NCBI GenBank assembly: GCA_964640185.1
Contig: CAZXGF010000010.1
Coordinates: 64,162-128,161 of the forward strand
Source: an uncultured Verrucomicrobiota bacterium
GTDB lineage: Bacteria; Auribacterota; JABMQX01
Reading direction: 5' to 3'
Length of the DNA: 64,000 nt
Shown here: one piece after another, positions 7,926-16,600 of the stretch
How positions within the stretch are numbered: position 1 is the first letter of the stretch
Layout of the letters: every line of letters begins with the position of its first letter
Position numbers and translations under genes: made by a program
The notes under the pieces: model-generated
The model's input: only the letters and a program-made list of their open reading frames with translations
The model's database searches: none
Told to the model about the DNA's origin: nothing

Positions 7926-9719
7926 TCACCTTCTGGTGACGGCGCCGAACTTGCAGACCTCGTAGCACAATCCGCACTTGATACATTTTGCCGGGTCAAT
8001 AGTCTGCGGCTCCTTCTTTTCGCCGCTGATGGCCTCCGAGGGGCATTTCTTGACGCAGAGCATGCATCCGGTGCACTTCTCGGGGTCAATTAGGTACTCG
8101 ATCAAGCCTTTGCAGACCCCCGCAGGGCACCTCTTTTCCTTTATGTGTGCCTCATACTCGCTTCTGAAGTATTTCAGCGTGCTCAGTACCGGATTGGGAA
8201 GAGTCTGACCCAGTCCGCACAGCGACGCATCCTTAATGGCATTGCCCAATTCCTCAAGGAGCTCGAGGTCTCCCTCTCTGCCTTCCCCCTCGCAGATGCG
8301 GGTCAGGATCTCCAGGAGAGCCTCCGAGCCCTCGCGGCAAGCTGTGCATTTCCCGCACGACTCGGCATTCGTGAACCGTATGAAATAGCGAGCAACGTCC
8401 ACCACACATGTTTCTTCGTCCATTACGATCATTCCCCCAGAGCCCATAATAGAGCCTGCTTCCGTCAGGCGCTCGTAATCCACAGGAAGGTCTATTAGCT
8501 CTGCCGGAATGCACCCGCCCGAGGGGCCGCCGGTCTGCACCGCTTTGAACTTTTTCCCGTTCGGGATACCGCCCCCGATATCGAAGACGATCTCCCTTAA
8601 GGGGATCCCCATCGGCACCTCAACCAGCCCCGTATTGTTAATCTTACCCACGAGAGAAAAAACCTTCGTCCCCTTACTTTTCTCCGTACCTATGCTCGAA
8701 AACCAGTCGGCTCCTCGCAAAATGATCGTCGGTACAGTTGCCCAGGTCTCCACATTGTTGATGTTCGTGGGCTTCCCCCATAACCCACATTCGACAGGGT
8801 AGGGAGGTCTTTGCCTCGGCTCCGGCGGTCGGCCCTCGATGGACGCCAGCAGCGCGGTCTCCTCCCCGCACACGAAGGCTCCTGCCCCCACGTGAACCTC
8901 GACGTCAAAACTAAAATCGGTGTCGAATATGTTTTTGCCCAGAAGTCCGTAATCTCTCGCCTGCTCGATGGCGATTTTGATCCTTTCAAGGGCCAGGGGA
9001 TATTCACTTCTGATGTAGATAAACCCTTCCTCGGCGCCGATGGCCCTGGCGCCAATCAGCATCCCCTCCAGGACCGACTGCGGGTCTGCCTCCGCTATGC
9101 TCCTGTCCATGAACGCCCCCGGGTCCCCCTCATCGCCGTTGCATACAACATACTTCGGTTGGCCCTGAGCCTTCCGGCATAGGTCCCACTTGAGCCCGGT
9201 GGGGAACCCTGCCCCTCCTCTGCCCCGCAGCCCGGAAGCTTTGATCGTCTCGACAATCTCCTCCGCGGTCATCTCACTCAGCGCTTTTGCCAGAGCTTTG
9301 TACCCGTCCCGGGCGATATACTCGTCTATCTTTTCGGGATCAATTAGACCCCTGTTTCTCAGGGCCACGAGTGTCTGGCGCGCGAAAAAGCCGATATCCA
9401 TCATCCTGGGAATCGGCTTGTCCTCTGGAGGCGGAGAGTACATCAAGCGCTCAACGGGACGCCCTTTCAAGAAATGCTCTTCTACGAGGTGCGGAATATC
9501 CTCCACGGTGAGCTGTTGGTAGAAGATTCCTTCCGGCATGACTGTCATGACAGGGCCCACCGCACAAAAGCCGTTGCACCCGGTCATGACCACTGCAATT
9601 TCGTCTTCAAGACCTTGTTTCGCCAGTTCTTTATCGAGCGCTTCCTTGACCTGGAACGACCTGTTCGAAACACAGGCCGTCCCCGCGCAAAGCATCAAGT
9701 GCGTTCTATATCTCTTCAA
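7926..9719 (-). CDS. NuoF/HndC/HydB-like NAD(P)H-binding FMN flavoprotein with an N-terminal thioredoxin-like 2Fe-2S domain and a C-terminal 2x[4Fe-4S] ferredoxin domain
   Basis: NAD(P)H site GLRGRGGAGFPTGLKW, FMN site YVVCNGDEGDPGAFMDR, 4Fe-4S site ESCGKCTACREG, and C-terminal CxxCxxCxxxCP x2 motifs. Confidence 0.85.
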   Translation of the reverse strand: MKRYRTHLMLCAGTACVSNRSFQVKEALDKELAKQGLEDEIAVVMTGCNGFCAVGPVMTVMPEGIFYQQLTVEDIPHLVEEHFLKGRPVERLMYSPPPEDKPIPRMMDIGFFARQTLVALRNRGLIDPEKIDEYIARDGYKALAKALSEMTAEEIVETIKASGLRGRGGAGFPTGLKWDLCRKAQGQPKYVVCNGDEGDPGAFMDRSIAEADPQSVLEGMLIGARAIGAEEGFIYIRSEYPLALERIKIAIEQARDYGLLGKNIFDTDFSFDVEVHVGAGAFVCGEETALLASIEGRPPEPRQRPPYPVECGLWGKPTNINNVETWATVPTIILRGADWFSSIGTEKSKGTKVFSLVGKINNTGLVEVPMGIPLREIVFDIGGGIPNGKKFKAVQTGGPSGGCIPAELIDLPVDYERLTEAGSIMGSGGMIVMDEETCVVDVARYFIRFTNAESCGKCTACREGSEALLEILTRICEGEGREGDLELLEELGNAIKDASLCGLGQTLPNPVLSTLKYFRSEYEAHIKEKRCPAGVCKGLIEYLIDPEKCTGCMLCVKKCPSEAISGEKKEPQTIDPAKCIKCGLCYEVCKFGAVTRR

Positions 9720-9746
9720 TCCCTTTTTCCGATTCCCTAATGGTTT

Positions 9747-10130
9747 CTAAGACTGCCGTTCACTTCCTCTGGCCAATGCGTACTCCGTCACGGCTTTTCC
9801 GCCCAAGACGTGCTCATCGAGAATCCTGCGGGTCTTGTCCGGAGTCAGGTCCACGTACTTGACAGGCGCCTCTCCCTTCAATTCGACTGTCGCCATGGGT
9901 TCGCGACTGCATAGCCCTGCACATCCGCTACTGGTCAAGATAACGTCCTTGATATCCTTATTCTCGAACTCGTCCAGAAGCGTGTTCATGATTTCTCTTG
10001 CTCCTGCGGCGATACCACAGGTCCCCATGTGGACGGTAATTTTGGCTCTCCCCGCCCCCTGCCGGAGTAGAGTAGCCCTCCTTACCTTTTCGGCAATCCT
10101 GTCGAGGTCTTCGATCTTTATCTTGGACAT
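9747..10130 (-). CDS. NuoE/HndA-like thioredoxin-fold [2Fe-2S] ferredoxin
   Basis: 127 aa with the Cys pattern HMGTCGIAAG ... SSGCAGLC typical of thioredoxin-like 2Fe-2S ferredoxins. Confidence 0.75.
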   Translation of the reverse strand: MSKIKIEDLDRIAEKVRRATLLRQGAGRAKITVHMGTCGIAAGAREIMNTLLDEFENKDIKDVILTSSGCAGLCSREPMATVELKGEAPVKYVDLTPDKTRRILDEHVLGGKAVTEYALARGSERQS

Positions 10131-10141
10131 CCCTTGTTCCC

Positions 10142-11101
10142 CTACCTGTACTTTTCAACGATCTTCAGCACTTCTGCTTGGGTCAGCTTGCCATAGAGGT
10201 CCTCTCCGATGGTCATAACCGGCGCCAGGCCGCAACACCCGATGCAGTTGACAGTTTCCAGGGTAAAAGCCATGTCCTCCGATGTCTCACCGGTTGCTAT
10301 GCCAAGTGCTCGCTCGAGCGTCTCAACAATGAGGGGAGCGCCTTTAACATGGCAGGTCGTCCCCATGCAAACGGTGACGATGTGTTTCCCTCTCGGCTTG
10401 AGGCTGAAGGAGGCGTAAAAAGTAGCTATCCGGTAAATCAGGCTTAGAGGGATATCAAGCTGGCGAGCTAAATAGCGCAAGACATCTTCGGGAAGATAGT
10501 TGTAGCTTGAGTTGATGCTCTGCAAGATGGACACTATTGGTCCCTTTTCGCCACGGTGTTCATGCAGAATCTCGTCCACCCTCACCCGGTCCTCCGCTGC
10601 GAGCTCAACCTTCTTTTTCTCCTCTGGCTTCAGCACATATATTTGGTTCCTTACAGGGCAGATGCCCATACACTCCCCGCAGCCGGTGCACTTGTCCTCC
10701 TCAACGAAGCGGGGACGCTTTTTGAGGGTTGCCTGAAAGCGTCCGGGACTTCCCTCAAGCCTCTCCACATGCGCCAGGGTAATCACCTCGATATCCTTAT
10801 GCCTCCCGATTTCCACGAGACGGGGGGCCATAGTGCACATTGCGCAGTCATTCGTCGGGAAGGTTTTGTCAAGCTGGGACATCACCCCCCCAATGCTGGG
10901 TTTGTTATCCACCAGATAAACCTTGAATCCTGATTCGGCGAGGTCGAGGGCGGCTTGCATACCACCGATCCCCCCGCCCACGACAAGAACGGCGCCAACT
11001 TTGCCGTTTCTTCGTTGACGGTTATCGCTCATTAAATGTTGGTCCTTTGCAAAACCTCTACCCGGCAATCGCCGGCGCCTATCTTCGCTCAGCCCTTTCA
11101 A
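10142..11101 (-). CDS. fusion protein: an HdrA-like N-terminal FAD-binding fragment joined to a NuoE-like [2Fe-2S] domain
   Basis: N-terminal half: VLVVGGGIGGMQAALDLAESG...DCAMCTMAPRL...CTGCGECMGICP (HdrA-type dinucleotide fold plus a 4Fe-4S site). C-terminal half: CMGTTCHVKG...VNCIGCCGLAPV (NuoE signature). The start overlaps the upstream gene stop in an ATGA arrangement. Confidence 0.7.
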   Translation of the reverse strand: MKGLSEDRRRRLPGRGFAKDQHLMSDNRQRRNGKVGAVLVVGGGIGGMQAALDLAESGFKVYLVDNKPSIGGVMSQLDKTFPTNDCAMCTMAPRLVEIGRHKDIEVITLAHVERLEGSPGRFQATLKKRPRFVEEDKCTGCGECMGICPVRNQIYVLKPEEKKKVELAAEDRVRVDEILHEHRGEKGPIVSILQSINSSYNYLPEDVLRYLARQLDIPLSLIYRIATFYASFSLKPRGKHIVTVCMGTTCHVKGAPLIVETLERALGIATGETSEDMAFTLETVNCIGCCGLAPVMTIGEDLYGKLTQAEVLKIVEKYR

Positions 11102-11556
11102 GCCTCAGGGCCGCCGCCAGGCAGGTGCATTTCTGTCAAAAAGCGATAGTACTCGCACTCCTCGCAAGGCCCGGGACACAGAAACAGGCTGGGATCGGCC
11201 TGATCCCTAAGAACGTAGCACTCTTTGGCCTTCGTTTTGAAAACCAGGCAGTCTTCGCACCGCCTCTCCTCCTTGCCGGGGTGAGTCTTGTTGCGGACGT
11301 GGAACTCCCAGCAGTACACAAAGTCCTTGACCGCAAGCTCTGGAAGACCCAATATCACCCTCGCCCTCTCGCCCATCGGAAGCCCTCGCCTCTCCATGAA
11401 CTCCACAATGTCCTGCGGGAGAATACGCCATTGACCCTGGGGAGTCAGCCTGTGGCCGGGCAGATGCCCCCTCTCAAGCCACCTCTTGACGGTGTCGTGC
11501 GAGCACTTGCAGATAGTCGCCACGTCCCCTGTAGTAAGAATGTCCTTGTACTTCAC
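11098..11556 (-). CDS. HTH (excisionase/MerR-like, HTH_17) DNA-binding protein with a C-terminal Cys-rich domain; putative operon regulator
   Basis: N-term TTGDVATICKCSHDTVKRWLERG. The C-terminus carries 8 Cys (CWEF...CEDC...C...CPGPCEECEY). It is the first gene of the minus-strand operon and is translationally coupled (ATGA) to the next gene. Confidence 0.6.
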   Translation of the reverse strand: MKYKDILTTGDVATICKCSHDTVKRWLERGHLPGHRLTPQGQWRILPQDIVEFMERRGLPMGERARVILGLPELAVKDFVYCWEFHVRNKTHPGKEERRCEDCLVFKTKAKECYVLRDQADPSLFLCPGPCEECEYYRFLTEMHLPGGGPEA

Positions 11557-11559
11557 GGT

Positions 11560-12300
11560 CAGCTATTCACCCGGAGGCTGTGACTGAATATATTTCGCAT
11601 ACATTGTCAGCGCTTATGGGCCAATCATACACCCCTTGCGTTATTAGCGTAGTTTTACACTCCCAAACCGGCCTGTCAAGAAAAACTTTTCCCCAAAGTC
11701 TAAATAAGGCAGACTCAGTCGCAGCCAAAACCGGCCCGAAAACGCCATGTGTCACATTTCCGAAGCATTGAAGATCAGAGATGCCTGAGACGCAGTATTC
11801 CGGGCGGCACGTCGGAAGAGCTCAAACTGCCTGGGCGAAACCTCACACCTTCACCCTGCATCCAAACCCAAAGGCAGCTCGCGCGGAACAATAAAGCTGC
11901 GATACAACCACGGCTTGATGGCGTCGGCCTTGAGGCAGCGCCAGACCGTGCTCCTACTGACGGAGGCCGTGATGTCACGCTGGACGGCAGGTGTTCCCTG
12001 GGGCAGCTCCCAGGCCACCGCCTTCACTTCCACCACGATGTGGGTGAAAAGAATCGCTGTCGCGGACACCGCTCCTCCTCGGCGGTGGGGATAACGGGCA
12101 AAAGACGCTTGTCTCGATTTGTAAGACGCAGAGTTTTCACAACACCTTCCCATATCAGGGATTGCGATGAGGTCGGCACGCATTCCGCCGTTTAGCTCGA
12201 CTTCCGCAGACGATGTCGCTCCCCTCAATCGCTAATCCCGGAGCGGGCGTCCCCAAGAAGGCCTGTCCGAAACGTCCCAACAGGAGCAGCAACTTGAGAA
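11560..12300 (-). pseudogene. IS630-family transposase N-terminal remnant (frameshifted and truncated)
   Basis: The minus-strand frames read PHRRGGAVSATAILFTHIVVEVKAVAWELPQG...DITASVSRSTVWRCLKADAIKPWLYRSFIVPRE. This resembles the conserved IS630 N-terminal region (...PRPGAPRKITDAQVEAVVVKTLE...ATHWSTRSMA..SQSAVSRIWRAFGLKPH...FKLSTDP). There is no intact ORF, and the remnant runs into the HTH regulator gene. Confidence 0.45.
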
Positions 12301-12307
12301 AGATGGG

Positions 12308-12598
12308 TTGCGTCCTGTTCTGACAGCGGCGAGAGAGGTACTGGCACAGGCGTCCAGAAGAGGCTTCTGCGAGCCTTGCAGGGAAAGCTGGGATATCCGC
12401 ATTTGTTCTCGTGGTTTCGGATGGACGCCCTCGGGACAGCGGAGACCAGAGCACCACATTCATCGGCCGCCGGTAATGGAGGACCGCCTGCCTCTGAGTT
12501 CGGGGGGTAAAGGCGCTGGACATGTAGTGCTTTTTGATACGCCACGTTCGGCTTCGAAACCGGCAGGTTCGGTTTTTCGCCACGTCATGCCCGCATGA
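12308..12598 (+). pseudogene. IS630-family transposase C-terminal fragment (opposite orientation)
   Basis: The plus-strand ORF ends ...HVVLFDTPRSASKPAGSVF, resembling the conserved IS630 C-terminal HFTPTSASWLNQVERWF block. The rest is degraded. Confidence 0.35.
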
Positions 12599-13058
12599 GG
12601 GTGTCCTCCCAGTCTCCCTGAGGGACGCGGTCGGTTCACCAGAAGGGTAACTGAAGTTGCGATGGACCTGCATAGCTTGCAGAAGCGTAGTTTTTCGCAG
12701 ATTTTTGTTGACAAGTAGGGAAGGAGAATGAGAAAGTACGCTAACAACGCGAATTTGTATGAAATGGGCATACGTGTACACAACACATATCCAATCTCGT
12801 GTTCCGAAAACGAAGCCGTCAAATCAAAGCAAATTCTGATGGAGCCTATGTTGCTCACAGTCGCACCTGCTTCCACGCGGGTGTCCGGGATAAGTCATCA
12901 CGCGGCCACAGGCGCGCCTCCAGGGAAGATTTGTGTCCCCCATCCCAGTTTGATGTGTGACATCCCGCAAAACGGGGGACGGATCCGTGGAGGGTCCACG
13001 GCGCTGCCCTAAGCAGGTTTTTTCAGTCAACCGGGATAGACACAGGGAGAAGGAGAAA

Positions 13059-14015
13059 ATGGCCAACATGAAGGCAGCAATAATAGGAGCCGGGAATGTC
13101 GGTGCGTCCACGGCGCTGAAACTCGCCGAGCTGAATATCGCTGATATCGTAATGACCGACCTCGTCGAGGGCATGCCTCAGGGGAAGGCGTTAGACATGA
13201 TGGAGTCGGCGCCGCTGTCGGGGATAGACGTCAGTATAACCGGCACGAACGATTACAAAGAGATTGCCGGCAGCGATATTGTGGTGATAACGGCTGGCGT
13301 CCCTCGCAAGCCGGGGATGTCGCGCGATGACCTGCTCAAGATAAACGCGCATATCATTGGTGAGGTGGTTGACGATGTGCTCCGGCACGCGCCGGATGCC
13401 ATTATAATAATGGTTACAAACCCGCTGGATGTGATGACCTACCTCGCCTACCAAAGAAGCGGCTTCGACAAGAGGCGCGTTCTGGGGATGGCTGGTGTGC
13501 TCGATTCGGTGAGGTTTCGCTGTTTCATAGCTATGGAACTTGGTGTGTCGGTGAAAGAGGTCTCAGCTATGGTTCTTGGAGGGCACGGAGATTCCATGGT
13601 CCCCCTACCAGATTACTCGACGGTTTCGGGGATTCCGATTGTGGAGCTTATCCCGAAGGAAGCCATTGACCGCATGATCTCCCGCACGCGGAAAGCCGGC
13701 GGTGAGATCGTAGCTTTGCTCAAGACAGGAAGCGCGTACTACGCCCCGGCGGCGGCCGTAGCCGCGATGGCGGAGAGCATTCTCCTGGATCAAAAGCAGC
13801 TCCTCCCATGCTGCACCAAGCTCGACGGAGAATACGGATTGTCCCACGTCTTCGTCGGCGTGCCGGTGATTTTGGGGAAGGAAGGGGTCGAGAAAGTTGT
13901 CGAGGTACCCCTTTCCCCGGAAGACTCTGAGAAGCTGAAGCAATCGGCCGAACACGTGAAGTCCACAATGGAGGATTTGCGTAAGCTTTCTGATACGGAC
14001 AGAGCCGAAGGCTGA
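13059..14015 (+). CDS. mdh: malate dehydrogenase (LDH-like family)
   Basis: Start trimmed to ATG at 13059, preceded by the GAGAAGGAGAAA RBS. It has the Rossmann motif AIIGAGNVGASTA, the catalytic region and substrate-binding ITAGVPRKPGMSRDDLL. Confidence 0.9.
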   Translation: MANMKAAIIGAGNVGASTALKLAELNIADIVMTDLVEGMPQGKALDMMESAPLSGIDVSITGTNDYKEIAGSDIVVITAGVPRKPGMSRDDLLKINAHIIGEVVDDVLRHAPDAIIIMVTNPLDVMTYLAYQRSGFDKRRVLGMAGVLDSVRFRCFIAMELGVSVKEVSAMVLGGHGDSMVPLPDYSTVSGIPIVELIPKEAIDRMISRTRKAGGEIVALLKTGSAYYAPAAAVAAMAESILLDQKQLLPCCTKLDGEYGLSHVFVGVPVILGKEGVEKVVEVPLSPEDSEKLKQSAEHVKSTMEDLRKLSDTDRAEG

Positions 14016-14076
14016 ATTGTTGGCTATGAGTTCTGAGGGATATCGCCATACGATGCCAATGTGAGGGAGTGCTCAG

Positions 14077-15246
14077 TTGAATATCTATGAGTACCAGGCG
14101 AAAGAAATACTGAGAAAGCATGGCGTTCAAGTTCCGAGAGGCAGAGTTGCCTCTGACTCCCTGGGGGCGGAACACGTTGCCAGAGAGATTGGCGGCGTCG
14201 CATGGGTAGTCAAAGCGCAGATCCTGGCTGGCGGACGGGGCAAAGCCGGTGGGGTAAGAATTGCGAGATCCTTCGATGAGGTTAAGGAGCACACCAAGAA
14301 GATTCTTGGCGCTCCTCTCAAGACGCATCAAACGGGCGGTTCGGCTAAGAAAGTGGACAAGGTATTGGTTGAGGAATGGTGCGAAATCGCCCACGAGCTG
14401 TATCTTGCCATTACTATCGATCGCCTCCAGTCAAGAATTGTTGTCGTAGCGAGTTCGGAAGGAGGCGTGGAAATTGAGGAGATTGCGAAGAATAACCCTT
14501 CCGCAATTTTTAGAGAATATATTGACTCCACTACAGGCATGATGCCTTTCCAGGCCAGAAGTCTCGCCTTCAGACTTGGCATCCGGGACAAGGATGTAGC
14601 ACGGCGCGCCGTAAAAGCCATGATGAGCATCCACGACCTCTTTGTTCAATACGACTGCGCTCTTGTTGAAATAAATCCTCTGGTCGTGACCAGACAGGCT
14701 GAGATTGTGGCTTTGGATGCCAAGCTCAGTTTTGACGATAGCGCACTTTCGCGCCACCCGGAAGTTGCTGAACTTAGGGATCTGAAAGGAGAGCTGCCAG
14801 CGGAGAGAATTGCACGTGAGAATAACTTGAACTACATAGCCTTAGACGGCAGCATTGGGTGCATGGTAAATGGCGCAGGCTTGGCTATGGCTACCATGGA
14901 TACCATAAAGGTCTATGGAGGGACACCTGCGAACTTCCTCGACGTTGGTGGGGGTGCTTCTGCGGAGATGATCTCTAAAGCTTTCAGCATCTTGATGAGC
15001 GACGAGAAGGTCAAAGTGATTCTCGTCAATATTTTCGGGGGTATCTTAAAATGTGACGTACTGGCTGAGGGAATTGTCACTGCCTGCCGGGAAGTAAAAC
15101 CGCGTGTCCCCATGATAGTCAGACTGGAAGGAACTAATGTCGAGCAAGGGCGGGCGATTCTGAACGCGTCCGCACTGAATATCAGCTCCGAACCGGATAT
15201 GAAGGCCGCGGCGCAAAGAGCAGTGGAGCTGGCCTATAGGAGTTGA
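14077..15246 (+). CDS. sucC: succinyl-CoA synthetase beta subunit
   Basis: MNIYEYQAKEILRKHGV... ATP-grasp N-terminus. Typical SucC length (389 aa). Confidence 0.9.
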   Translation: MNIYEYQAKEILRKHGVQVPRGRVASDSLGAEHVAREIGGVAWVVKAQILAGGRGKAGGVRIARSFDEVKEHTKKILGAPLKTHQTGGSAKKVDKVLVEEWCEIAHELYLAITIDRLQSRIVVVASSEGGVEIEEIAKNNPSAIFREYIDSTTGMMPFQARSLAFRLGIRDKDVARRAVKAMMSIHDLFVQYDCALVEINPLVVTRQAEIVALDAKLSFDDSALSRHPEVAELRDLKGELPAERIARENNLNYIALDGSIGCMVNGAGLAMATMDTIKVYGGTPANFLDVGGGASAEMISKAFSILMSDEKVKVILVNIFGGILKCDVLAEGIVTACREVKPRVPMIVRLEGTNVEQGRAILNASALNISSEPDMKAAAQRAVELAYRS

Positions 15247-15266
15247 CTATTAAGGAATAGCTACTC

Positions 15267-16154
15267 ATGTCCATACTTGTTGATGAGCGCACCCGAGTCA
15301 TTTGCCAGGGAATAACGGGCCATAGCGGCTCCTTTCACACGCGGCAATGCCTGGATTACGGAACAAAGGTTGTCGCTGGCGTGACACCCGGGAAAGGCGG
15401 AAGAAAGGTTGATGGTGTTCCTGTATTTGATACTGTTTTCGAAGCCAAGGAAGAAACGGGCGCGAACGCCTCCATGATCCTCGTACCGGCGCTGTTCGCT
15501 GCCGATGCAATCCTGGAAGCGGCGGCGGCGGCACTTGAGCTGGTAGTCTGCATCACCGAAGGAATCCCTACGCTGGACATGATCAGGGTCATGCAGGTTC
15601 TCCAAGGGACGAAGACCCGGTTGATTGGTCCTAACTGTCCGGGGATCATCAGCCCGGGCAAATGCAAGATCGGAATTATGGCGGGGCCCATTCATAAGCC
15701 CGGCCGCGTGGGGATCATTTCTCGCAGCGGAACCCTGACCTACGAGATCGCCTATCTACTTACGAGAAGGAACGTGGGGCAATCCACCTGTGTTGGCATA
15801 GGCGGAGACCAGATAACCGGGACAAGCTTCATCGATCTTCTGAAACTGTTTGAAGACGATCCCGAGACTGGCGCTCTGGTCATTATAGGAGAGATCGGCG
15901 GCACGATGGAGGAAAAGGCCGCTGCGTTCATAAAAAGCGATGTAACCAAACCGGTCGTGGGCTACATAGCTGGGGTAACCGCCCCGCCCGGAAAACGCAT
16001 GGGCCATGCTGGCGCCATCATTTCAGGAGGACACGGAGGAGCCAAAGAGAAGATAGAAGCCTTAGCTTCAGCCGGAGTCGCAATGGCAAAGACGCCTCCT
16101 GAGGTCCACGATTGGCTGGCATCCATCGCGCCGAACGTTGTAAGTGCTTCTTGA
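15267..16154 (+). CDS. sucD: succinyl-CoA synthetase alpha subunit
   Basis: [15 protein letters not shown] phosphohistidine-loop region, CoA-binding N-terminus, 295 aa. Confidence 0.9.
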   Translation: MSILVDERTRVICQGITGHSGSFHTRQCLDYGTKVVAGVTPGKGGRKVDGVPVFDTVFEAKEETGANASMILVPALFAADAILEAAAAALELVVCITEGIPTLDMIRVMQVLQGTKTRLIGPNCPGIISPGKCKIGIMAGPIHKPGRVGIISRSGTLTYEIAYLLTRRNVGQSTCVGIGGDQITGTSFIDLLKLFEDDPETGALVIIGEIGGTMEEKAAAFIKSDVTKPVVGYIAGVTAPPGKRMGHAGAIISGGHGGAKEKIEALASAGVAMAKTPPEVHDWLASIAPNVVSAS

Positions 16155-16179
16155 AAACGCTAAGGATTAGTTTAAGAAA

Positions 16180-16590
16180 ATGGAAGTCTCCGTTAAAACG
16201 GTCCGCAGTCCATTCGTTAAGAAAGTGGCTGAAATAAGCGGCCAGAACCTTGGCGCTTGTTATCAATGCGGGAAATGTTCCGCAGGTTGCCCGTCCGCGG
16301 ACCGGATGGACAACGTACCAAGTCAGTTTATCAAACTGATTCAACTGGGAATGGAAGATGAAGTAAGGAAGTCGAATACGCCCTGGGTCTGCCTGACGTG
16401 CTTTGTTTGTACGGTCCGGTGTCCTAAGGGAATTGATATCGCCTCCATAATGGAAGCAGCGAGGCTGGTTCAGTCAAGGGATAGGGATAATGTGGACCAT
16501 TTTGAGGTTAGGTCTTTGGGTGCTACGTTAGACGAAAAGCTTCCCCCTATTGCGGTAGTAAGCTGTTTTAGGAAGCATACGGCAGGTTAG
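16180..16590 (+). CDS. hdrC: heterodisulfide reductase subunit C-like (2x[4Fe-4S])
   Basis: CYQCGKCSAGCP and CLTCFVCTVRCP motifs in a 136-aa protein, immediately upstream of the CCG-domain gene. Confidence 0.75.
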   Translation: MEVSVKTVRSPFVKKVAEISGQNLGACYQCGKCSAGCPSADRMDNVPSQFIKLIQLGMEDEVRKSNTPWVCLTCFVCTVRCPKGIDIASIMEAARLVQSRDRDNVDHFEVRSLGATLDEKLPPIAVVSCFRKHTAG

Positions 16591-16600
16591 CGAGTAAACG

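Noticed and set aside
12155-12876. 208-aa and 138-aa minus-strand ORFs in the mdh upstream region
   Set aside because: They have biased, Arg/Ser/Pro-rich composition, no RBS and no domains, and overlap each other in different frames. I interpreted them as frame noise within decayed mobile-element DNA and not as genes.
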